Shown one piece after another: positions 53,637-63,943 of a stretch of 63,943 nt of DNA. Made by a program: the position numbers and the translations under genes. The first letter of the stretch is position 1; each line of letters begins with the position of its first letter. The notes beneath the pieces were generated by a model that saw only the letters and a list, made by a program, of their open reading frames with translations, searched no databases and was not told the origin of the DNA. This stretch comes from Octopus bimaculoides (lineage: Eukaryota): the NCBI RefSeq assembly GCF_001194135.2, contig NC_068996.1, forward strand, positions 45,790,794-45,854,736, read 5' to 3'.

Positions 53637-53789
53637 CCATCGGAAAATACCTTAGTAATGAGAACCCAGGTTCGGAATTTCCCCAAGACACCTGATGAAG
53701 GCTGGAGGGTATATCAGCCGAAACATTGTGTTAACAACAAACAAGATGAGGACAAATACCCATCAAATGTAAATAGTGTCTCATACTCT
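53416..53789 (+). mobile_element. TSD-flanked fold-back retro-insertion: tRNA-derived head, (AAT)n, Penelope-like tail, preceded by an inverted internally deleted copy
   Basis: 12-bp direct repeats gtctcatactct at 53416-53427 and 53778-53789; A and B boxes within 53525-53597; 46-bp inverted repeat 53460-53505 / 53730-53775; CTGATGA..GAAAC core at 53692-53724. Confidence 0.7.
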
Positions 53790-54286
53790 ATAACTTACCC
53801 CTGGTAAAGGTTTCTCTTGTTTGCAATGTCTGAGCACTGAAATACTCGAACCTAATCCGTTTCAGCCATATTTTCCGTCTGTCATTAAGAAGTACCAGTA
53901 ATATATTGATTTTAGTTCAGAGCACCATATAAGTTTTTGCGGAAACAAACACAAAAATAAAATTCCCGTACAAAGTGTATTTTTATTGCTGCTAATAAGA
54001 AAATCGATGGTATTTTGAGGTTTGTTCTTGCTGATAGGGAGAATACGGGAACATGTTTGGCAAACATCAATATATATTTCCAAAATAAGAACTTTCAATC
54101 GTTTCTAATAATGGAATTAATTTTTTGGTCAATAAATGGATATTTATTTTTATGTGGTGGTTGTTTCAAAAGAAGTATACTTTTCCTTTGTGAAATAGCC
54201 ACAACGTTGTATAACCAGCTACTTCAGTTTCAAACAAAACGCATTTGACATTTGTTTGGATCAACACGGCTTCCCTAGACCTTCGA

Positions 54287-54467
54287 AATTTAGCTGCTAG
54301 AACGCATAATAGCTTGCGATCGAGTTAACCATTTGAGGCATTAGAAACCGGTTCAGGAATATTAACAATGCAATTTAGAGAGTTTCGATTTTATGCGATG
54401 ATATCAAATATATTGATGTATTGCCATGTCATATTTCAGTTTTTAATTCAACTCATTTACGACTTAG
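54287..54467 (+). repeat. Direct repeat of about 180 bp, copy 1 (copy 2 at 55783-55965)
   Basis: Both begin aatttagc.gctagaacgcataatagcttg and end tcatttacga.t.ag; more diverged than the 37076/39981 pair. Confidence 0.8.
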
Positions 54468-55285
54468 AAACTTCTAGTTTTTTTTTGTTTTTTTTTTCGT
54501 ATATACATACTTTACTAACTTCGGACAAGCTAATGGTAGTATGGTTAAGAAATTGACTTCGCTACCACACAGTTTTAGGTTCAGTCCTACTGCATGGCAC
54601 TTGATCAAGTCTTTTCTACTATAACCTCGGGCCAACCAATGTCTTTTGAGTTAATTTGAAGGACAGAAAATACGTATTTGTGCGTCTTTCTGCTTGCTTT
54701 CTACAACTAAGCTTGGTTTATTTATGTTTCCGTGTCTGTGTTTCGGCAAAAACAAAAAATTAAATAAGAGCGAGAAAGACGCATAGAATAAATATCAGAC
54801 TTAAAAAAGACGCTGGTATCGAGAAAGTGCCCTAACATGCCGCAGTCCTATGAATTAAACAAGTTAAAGAATAAAGGAAAAAAATAACTAGAATTATTCC
54901 GATAAGAAACTATACTCGTTTAACACAGTATGCAAACTAAACGGCCCATTCGTTTTATAGTGCCAACGATAATTTAACAACGAACTATATTATATTTGCT
55001 GTACATGGTGACTAATATATATAATTAGAATTATATAAACCTTGTACCGGGACACTTTCATTTGTAGAATTTATTTCAAATTATTGTTTCTATGTGATGG
55101 AAACATCGTCACTGATATTTTTTTCAAAATTCTGTTTTTGTCATTAATTATTTTTTTCTTTTCTTTTTCTTTTCCTCTCAAACATCATGTGAGTGGATAT
55201 TAGCTAAGTGAATTATCAAACTGTAAAATTCTGTTAACTATAATTTAGATATATCAGTATTTTGCCACCTTTTTTTCCCCACCAG

Positions 55286-55356
55286 ATATGAAAGAAAATC
55301 ATGAACTTCGTGAACTTCTTTACATGGTTTTAGTAGCTGGAAATTATCTGAATTCG
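55286..55356 (+). CDS. INF2: INF2-like formin FH2 exon; (D)MKENHELRELLYMVLVAGNYLNS
   Basis: Acceptor ttttccccaccAG, donor G|GTAAGT; 71 nt, phase 1 to 0. Contains the FH2 GNYLN motif. Confidence 0.95.
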
Positions 55357-56837
55357 GTAAGTTAAATTTATTGTTGTATTAATCTGAGTATATTAAATGT
55401 ATGCAAATTGAGAGAAGACTACTCCAACATAAAACTTACAGCTTTCTGGTCATCCTAACAATCTTAGTCTGCTGAGTCACTGTAGCCAGACTTTCTGGTC
55501 TAAAGATTGGAATCAGATCGCGCAGTCAGAGAAATAAGCCCTGCAGTGTCAAGGATCGGTTTACATAACCTCCGGAGGGCGTGATTCTCTTCTTCATGAC
55601 CTTCGAACACGAAGAAAATGCCATCGTCACCATGTATATGCATATGTGCGTGACCATATGTATGTAAGCATTGTGTATACACACACGTATGCTTATCTTT
55701 TGGTGTTGATACCAAATCAAGTATTGGTCTCGAATTCATCGACTCGACCTGTCGAATCGACCTTACTAAGTGGATCGATCATAATTTAGCAGCTAGAACG
55801 CATAATAGCTTGATGCCGAGTTAACCATTCGAGACAAGAGATATCGCTTCAGGAAAGATATCAATGCAGTGTAGAGGGTTTCGATTTTATGCCAAAGCTA
55901 TCAAATACATTGATGTGATTTCCATGTTATATTTCAATTTTTAATTGAATTCATTTACGATTAAGCAGAGTAAAATATGTTAAGATTTTTTCGGTTAGTG
56001 TCATAGATTTCGCTTTTTTTTTGCTTTTTTTTTTTTGGCATTTCTCAGTTTTGTTCCAATTGTTTTCAAATTTAGTTATACCGATTTAGTTTTGTATGCT
56101 AATTATGAACGTGAAATTTCTTTTTGTCATAAATTAATAAATAAAAAGTTGATAGCTTTTAAAGTGTGAAAATTTTGGGTGATTGTAACCAATCGGAAGC
56201 CACTATTATACAATATGATTGTATCTCACATTGGTGTCTGTTTCCATAGTAACAAGCAAAATTGTAGTCTGTCCTATTTTCATTATAACAAGGGTGATGT
56301 ACTCATTCGACTGTGACGCTTTCACTGCCACAACCACTATCACCACACGTCTGTGGCAGACAGCTATCACGCAGAAAATGCCGGCTTTCTATTCTTGTTT
56401 TATGATTGGGTAGGAATTATGTAACTTTGAACCTCTTCAGCATTTTTCTAAATTTCTTCTGGAAAAAATGATTCCAAAATTCGGATTCAGAGTAAAAGAT
56501 AACATCAATATGCCAAATTTGAAAATTTTCACTTAATTCTAAATTTTCCAAATCTGTAACAGCTACCGGAAAGATTCGACAAAAAAAAAATTTGTATGGC
56601 ATGGTAAAAATACAGAATATTTAAAACAAAATAAGATACGATTTATATCATTGTAACCATTTGCATCACAGCGGTTTCGAATAATCTAAGCAATTTTAAA
56701 CCAATTTATTGCATAAATACTTTTATGTATGTGTGTGAATGAACGAACGAACGAACGGAGGCTACCGAGTGGTTTTCCAGATTGTCCATTTCACTTGTAT
56801 GCCAGTAGTATTTAGTAACATCGTTTATATATTTCAG

Positions 56838-56945
56838 GGTAATTATGCAGGAAATGCAGCAGGTTTCAAAATGAACTCCCTCTTAAAAGTTACAGAAATT
56901 AGGGCCAACAAACCAAGAATGACTTTAATGCATTATGTTGTAATG
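56838..56945 (+). CDS. INF2: INF2-like formin FH2 exon; GNYAGNAAGFKMNSLLKVTEIRANKPRMTLMHYVVM
   Basis: Acceptor atttcAG, donor G|GTAAAT; 108 nt, phase 0 to 0. G.YAGNA.GF...SL.K....RANKP is typical of the INF group. Confidence 0.95.
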
Positions 56946-57419
56946 GTAAATAAATTTTCCTTTAATCTTTTTATCTCTCTCTCTCTCTCTCTCTCTCTCC
57001 ACCATTAATCTCTATGTATCCCTTCTGTTTTTCCGTTAATCTTTTCTCTTACATTCAATTCATTAACCCTATTACTCTATTTTCTCTTTCACTGTCTCAA
57101 ACAAATTACGCCTGGAAGATCAATATTATTATTTTTTTTTTTTTACTCTGAAGATCGTCCAAATTTATCAGCACTGATAGAATAAGCCTATAACAAAAGA
57201 CGTTCCAGCCAGCCAGCCACCCATAGCCATTCTAATATTTTTCATACGTATCGTGTATCTAAAATTGTATTACCCTTTGAATGAATACGTGCAATGCTTA
57301 GAACAGTGTGCTTAAAAATATTGTACCGAAATATTGTTAAAATAGTAACCTCGCTTTGATAACTAGTTTGATAACGCTTTGATTACGACAAAGTAATATC
57401 TACGTTGCCTTAATAGTTT

Positions 57420-57850
57420 TTCTACTAAAGGCACAAGGTCTGAAACTTTGGAAGTGGGAGCTGGTCGGTTACATGACAGGCACTTATTTTATCGACTCCG
57501 GAAGTGTGAAAAACAAATTCGACCTCGACAGAATTTGAACTCTGAACGTAAAGACCGACGAAATGCTGCTAAGCATTTTGCCCGGAATGCTAACGTTTCT
57601 GTTAATCTCACCGCCATTCGTTGCCTTAGTATCCTTTCTACTATCGGCACAAGGCCTGGATTTTGTTGGGGAGGTGGGGACAGTCGATCACATCGACTCC
57701 AGTACTCAACTGGCACTTAATTTATCGACTCCAAAAGGATGAAAGGCAAAGTCGACCTCAACGGAATTTGAACTCAGGGCGTAGCGACAGGCGAAACACC
57801 ACTAAGCATTTCGTCCAGCGTGCTAACGACTCAGCCAGCTCGCCGCCTTG
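57420..57850 (-). mobile_element. Two tandem reverse SINE family B copies
   Basis: Reverse-complement matches. Forward copies lie at about 58920-59375 and further reverse copies at about 62715-63040. Confidence 0.75.
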
Positions 57851-59122
57851 TACGTTACCTTAGTATCGACAAAGCTTTAATAACTTTAAAAATATGATCA
57901 ATAATACAGTTTTTTTTTTTTAAATGCGAGTGTATGTACGCAAAGAGAATACACCAAAGCATGTTCTGAAAATATATACACGCAGTTTACTATTAGCTAA
58001 TTCCCGAGAAGTCAATGAAAGAGATATGTATGTGTGTATACACGCACACATAGATATTTTATACAGGCATTGACCAGGCGTGGTCGTGTGGTAACAAGTT
58101 GTATACGATAGGTTTTTTTCGGTTTCAGTCAGGAAATCCACTCACAAGACTTTGGTCAGCCTGTGGCCATAGTTGAAGGCATTTGCCCAACGTGTCAAAC
58201 AGTGAGGCGGAACCATGTTGTTGAGAAGCGAACTTCTTTCCACATCGTTGAATTTTTTTATTCCCATTTCCTATTGAAATGACAAAATATATCATCCATC
58301 TTTATATACTGACTCGCTCCTTTTCTATCTCCCCCCCTTTCCCTCTCCGTTCACCATTTCTATCTAGATCGGTCTATCATCTGTTTCTCTCTGTCTAATA
58401 AAAGAAAAGTGAGAAAGAGGAAGAGATGCAATTGCAGTAAGAATAAATGTTATATTACAGTGTTAGTGTTAGCATAGTCTTAAAATGGAGGAAGAAGAAG
58501 GAGAAGAGTGCGAAGGACGAAACTATGTTATTGCCTCCCAAATCTTCCACGGTGCCGACTCTAAAACCCTAACCCTCTCCCAGCAATTCACTGCACATAC
58601 AAATCCGCCCACCACCTTACATACATATCCCTTCTCTTACTGGAACCCTAACCCTGATGCCATTGTGCCAGCGCACCCCCTGTTGACAAAACGTGGTACT
58701 AATCAAATGCCATACCGGTTTGTGAAGTCCACCAGGCTGGTCGGTCATATTTACTTTGTTTTGTAGCTTTTATCATTATGCTGTTTTTCCTTTTAGTTGT
58801 TTTTCTTTTTTTTTTTCCACTTTCTTTAGAATGTCTGTTCTTGTAACCTTTTTGTTTTGTTTCGTTTTTAATATTCTTCTTTTTCTTCTTTTGCTTGCTT
58901 GCTTGATGCAGTGATTATGGGTTGGTGTTATTGCGTTAACATACTGGACAAAGAATGCTTAGCAGCACTTCGTCCGTCTTTGTTATCAGCTTAAATTTTG
59001 CGGACGTCGACTTTGCTTTTCATCTTTTCACGGTCTTTAAAATAAGTAAGAATCAAGTAATGGGAACGATGTAATTGACTAACCAATCCCTCAAAATTTC
59101 AGGTTTTGTACCTGAAAAAAGG

Positions 59123-59162
<40 letters not shown>

Positions 59163-60188
59163 AAGGCAGCTAGCTGGCAGAAATCATTAGCACACTGGGT
59201 GACAGGTTTAGTGGTATTTCGTCTTTCTTTATGTTTTGAGTTCAAATTCCACCAAGGTCGACTTTACCTTTCATCCTTTCGGGGTCGATAAATTAAGTAC
59301 CAGTTGTATACTGGGGTCGATGTAATCGACTCATCCCTTCCCTCCAAATTACAGGCTTTGTGCCTTTAGTAGAAAGCATTATTATTATTATTATTAAGGC
59401 GGCGAGCTGGCGGGCATGTGGGCGGATATTCTGTTGGTTGGTTACTTAGTAAGTTGGCTGGCTGGCTGGCTGGCTGTCTGGTTGGTTGGTTGGTTGGTTA
59501 GTTACTTAGTTAGCTGGCCACTTATTCTGTTATTTGGTTACTTAGTTACTCAGCTGGTTACTTTGTTTGTTTGTTTAGGTTGGTGGGTGTAAAATAATTG
59601 CGATTAAAAGAACTAGGACGAACTCGATAGACAATATTACTTCCTGAAATTACGCTGGATATCACAGATTTTGGTACCTTCGAAGTTTGACCACTTTCTT
59701 AAAAATATCTGGGACACTAATTCAAAATATACCAGCTCACGTCAAGTATGCTATATTAGCCCTATTTTTGGATATTCATTATATATTTTTATACACTGAT
59801 GTTTCAGGAACTTCAATTACTTTTTAGATTTTGGTTCCTTAAGTGTTAAACATATTTTAGCAATATTTGGATCGCTAGTTTTAGAAATGACATTAGTTTC
59901 CTTTTGAGCTTTTATTTATGTTATTCGGAGACAAAAACATTATTGCTATTAATATATTAAATGCTCTGAATAATTATTACATTATCTAAATTATTTTCGT
60001 TTATTGATTATTTTTTATTTTATTTTTCAAAGACTTTACCTTAAGCTTTTTGCGCATAGGTGCAGAAATGAGTTTCGAGATACATCCCTCTCTACTGCGA
60101 TTTGGGCAAATGTTTTTTAACATATCCCCTGCCGAGCAATGTTGCGTGGGTGGATCTGGTTGACAGAAACTGCGTGGAAGTCCATCGC

Positions 60189-60281
<93 letters not shown>

Positions 60282-63248
60282 GTTGGTTCTCATGTGTCAT
60301 TGTTTGACAACTGTTGTTGGCTCATTTACGTTACTCTAACGAGCGGTTTGGTCAAAGAAACATTAAGTACAAGACTGAAAAATAAGCACTGGGGTCGACT
60401 TTATTATCTAAATCCTTTCAGGCTGTACCCTAGCTTAGCTGCAGGCCAACGACTGAAACAAATAAAGGAGCAAAAGAGTAAACTGTTACTACTTATGCTG
60501 TAAATACTCGAAATTGAGGGCCAAACAAACTAACAGCAGGGATGGATTTTCAGCGTGACACAGAATGTGACAAGGTTGGCTCTTTGAAATACAGGCACTA
60601 AATCAGTTTTGTCAGCTGAGTGAACCTGAGCCACATGAAATGAAGTATCTTGCTCAATAACTCAACGAGCTAGCGAGAATCGAACTTACGCCCAAACGAT
60701 CGCGAGCCGAATACGCTAGCCACCAAGCTACTACGCGTCTTCATACACCCCAAAATAAGTTTAGAACATGATAAATTTTTTGCGGGTCGCTGGTGGTGAT
60801 GGCGGTGGAGTAGAGAAGAGAGATAATTAACATGGGTTCATACAATGAGAGTAATGTTTTGGATAAAACAAAGTGTATTTAAAAAGGAACAGAGGGAGAC
60901 AGATGGAGACAGACAGACAGAAAAAGAGACGAGAATGGTAGAAGGGGAAATGGCTAAAGATCTGAGAACGATTAAGATAGAGATGACTGAGAATGGCAAT
61001 ATGAGTCTAAGAGGAAGAGAGCTTAGGAAAACAGTCTTTTGTAGCCAGGGAGCCTAATTGCTGATTCCCTGTTTATATGTTGCCCAATTTTCTGATGGTC
61101 TGACTGTGATAACAGTATATCAGTCTCGGCCTGGCATCCATGACTCACTAGTTGAGAGATTTTACTTGACGACATGGAAAGTTTGGGAAATTTAACCTTA
61201 ACAATAGACATAGTGAATAGTTTGGACTTATATTGAATGAAGCAAATGACGCGCTGAACATGTGTCCCTGGACAGAATACTGTTTTATTGTGGGTAATTA
61301 TACTTGTATCAATAGTTTAGAGAGTAAGATAATTTTATATAAACTACAGGCCGTAAGAAAATTACACCAACGGATTTGAACTCACAAAGCGTCAGTTCAA
61401 TATCCTATCAAAAAATCTTTATTTCCCTTCTCGAAAGAATTTTGATAATAAAAAAAAAAAGAATTGTGTGTTTGCGCGCGCCATTGTTTGTATTTGTCCC
61501 GCCCACACAATTTGACAACTGGTGTTGGTCTATTTACGTCCTCAAAAAGAGGCTTATAGAATTAGTTCAAGGTTTAGGGGAAAAAAGAGCTGATTTGTTT
61601 GACTAAATCCTTCAAGGCGGTGCCCCAGCATGGCCGCAGTCTAATGACTTAAACAAGTAGAAAATAAAATATATAGGCACAGGAATGTCTGTGTGATTCG
61701 AAGATAAAAGATATACTGGGATTGATTTGTTCAACTAAAACCCTTCAAGGTGCTGCCCCAGCATGGCCACAGTGCAATGACTGAAACAAGTAAAAGATAA
61801 AAGATATAAAATATGTTTTAAAGAAAAAGTTGTGGCTGAGGAAAGAGATGTTTCTAAAACTAAATTGGAAACTTCCGTTCATCATTGATGTCAAAAGAAG
61901 TCCATAAAAGTCGTCGAGAGATAATATCTTCTTTGCAGGGCAGGAAAAATAGTCACAAGAAAAGTTATTATCCTAACATCAGTCTTTACTCTTCAGCTGT
62001 GTGTATATGTGTGTGTTAGTGAGTGACTAAAGTAGCGTGTGTATATGCATTTATAATATAAGTTACTCTCACTCAATGTATAAGAGTTAAATCTGAATAC
62101 ACATCACAAAGCATGTTTCAACAGGAAAACGTACACCCTTGTTTACGTACGCACGCTCGCGCGCACACACACATTAACTCTCTTCTAAGCATCATACAAA
62201 TATGGGATGATATCAATGACACTACTTAACGGTATCAATTCCATCTGATTCACAACTGCTAGTGATAGACGTGAACTTTCTAGATAACAATGCCACACAC
62301 GACGAACAGTAGTCGGTTAGCCCTTGGGTGGAATGTCTGTCTACCAAATAGTAAGTTTTACCAGTAGGAATAGAATAATTGGAAGTAAAAAAAAAAAAAA
62401 AGAAAACCTCTTTCTGTTGACATCTTAACTAAAATTACTAATCTTACCAGGCCACCTTTAACCCTAACCCTTATTCCCTTTAACGGAATAACAGCTTTTA
62501 AGTTAGCCACAAGACTAAATTAGATGACGGAGTTAGTCGATAACTTTAACCTCAGTACTAAGCGGGTTCTTTATTCTAATCAAACCCAGAAGGCTGGAAG
62601 GCCTTTGTCTTTCTATAATGCTGGGTTTATCCAACGGCAGCATTTGAACTCGGAACGCTCTAATGATTCTGTAAATGCAATGTTCAGATAATAACAACAA
62701 TAATAATAATCCTTTTCACTATGGGTACAAGGCCTGAAATTTTGGGAGAGGGAACTAGTCAATTACATTAACCCCAGAACTCAACTGGTACTTAATTTAT
62801 CATCACCGAAGGATGAAGGGCGAATTCGACCTCGTGGTATTTCAACCCACAATGTAAAGATGGACGAAATACTGCTAATCATTTTGCCAGGCGTACCAAC
62901 GATTCTGCCGGTTCGCCGCTTTAATAATGATAATAATCCTTTCTACTAAAAGCAGAAGGCCTGAAATATGAGGAAAGATGGACAAAATACCGCTAAGCAT
63001 TCATCCCGGCGTGCTAACGATTCTGCTAGTTTACTGCCTTAATAAAGATAATAGTAATAATAATGTTTCTAACACAGGAACAAAGTCATACATTTGAACT
63101 AAGGTATTACTTGATTGAAACTAACCCTTCTGCTTCTGTAAGTCTTTGTGTACGAAGATCGATATAACTATAACGCTGATGACGGCGACGATGGTGATAA
63201 TAATTAAGTTGGATTAGTTATTTTAAACTTAATGTTCTCCTTTTACAG

Positions 63249-63319
63249 CAAGCTGAAAAACGAAATCCACGATTACTCTTGTTCCCGCATCAAATGAAAT
63301 CCTTAAACGAAGCAGCAAA
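63249..63319 (+). CDS. INF2: INF2-like formin FH2 exon; QAEKRNPRLLLFPHQMKSLNEAA(K/N)
   Basis: Acceptor ccttttacAG, donor AA|GTAAGT; 71 nt, phase 0 to 2. Aligns with INF2 [23 protein letters not shown]. Confidence 0.9.
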
Positions 63320-63545
63320 GTAAGTCGACTTAAAATACTAATCTTGGAAAATGTCCTCAAGTTTTCACCAATTAATTTTTGAACACCCGTCCAATAAACC
63401 TAAGTATTTAGAAGGTGATGTCCATTTTTCACTTGGTTCATGCACTATTGTAAATATGACAAAATTACCATGGTTAATAATGTTCATGATGGTGATGGTG
63501 GTTGTAGTTGGAAGGATGCTATAAATCATGGATAAATATTTATAT

Positions 63546-63715
63546 GGCGCAGGAGTGGTGGCTGTGTGGTAAGTAGCTTGCTCACCAAACCACATGGTTC
63601 CGGGTTCAGTCCCACTGCGTGGCACCATAGGCAAGTGTCTTCTACTATAGCCCCGAGCCCACCAAAGCCTTGTGAATGGATTTGGTAGACGGAAACTGAA
63701 AGAAGCCCGTCGTAT
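63546..63715 (+). mobile_element. SINE family A, 5' half
   Basis: ggcgcaggagtgg...gaaactgaaagaagcccgtcg followed by (AT)n. Other partial copies lie near 13610-13780, 14150-14370, 21245-21430, 26490-26690, 27740-28050, 54530-54870, 60290-60480 and 61470-61800. Confidence 0.75.
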
Positions 63716-63943
63716 ATATGTATATATATATATATATATATAATCATAAATATATAGGGATTGACAGTAACCTGCTTCTCCAACATACTGAGAATTCAGA
63801 AATAGCAGCCAAAGAACTACTGATTCCAATGTCGCATGGTCAAAATTAACGTGAGTTATTTAGACATTAACAAATTTATTAGAATATTTAGCTGAAGATC
63901 AGAATAGAGTATTCTTTACTCTTAACTGTGAAACGATCGTACT

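Noticed and set aside
53692-53730. Active cis-cleaving hammerhead
   Set aside because: The core and stem II are present, but GAAAC is followed by ATTG with no stem III or NUH triplet, so it is reported only as hammerhead-like.
58565-58655. Interstitial telomeric (CCCTAA)n
   Set aside because: Only one or two units at a time, which is too short to be meaningful.
63365-63829. ORFs containing RRASFSFRLPNP, RRHLPKVPRSG or RPRRNLNSE motifs (also at 20572, 42144, 50463, 51381, 57489)
   Set aside because: They are recurring antisense or sense translations of SINE families A and B, not genes.

Overview
This is AT-rich, microsatellite-dense eukaryotic genomic DNA with many N gaps. It is very probably Octopus, judged from the abundant tRNA-derived SINE families resembling known octopus SINEs. 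The window is almost entirely intronic sequence of one + strand gene, an INF2-type inverted formin. I can place nine coding exons by translation and splice sites: two in the DID/GBD-FH3 region (28191-28350, 40318-40462), one FH1/FH2-start exon that begins inside a gap (to 46297), and six FH2 exons (48819-63319). The N-terminal exons and at least two internal exons were not found; they lie in gaps, outside the window, or are too diverged. The 3' end of the gene is beyond the window. The introns hold three SINE families, hAT MITEs, an internally deleted mariner, an L1/Tx1-like 3' end and several Penelope-like fragments with hammerhead-type CUGAnGA..GAAAC cores. The most unusual object is a TSD-flanked fold-back insertion at 53416-53789 that joins a tRNA-derived head to a hammerhead-like tail. 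Several long hairpins would form in the pre-mRNA. There are no rRNA genes, intact tRNAs or CRISPR arrays. Almost all ORFs in the supplied track are microsatellite, SINE or N-gap artefacts.
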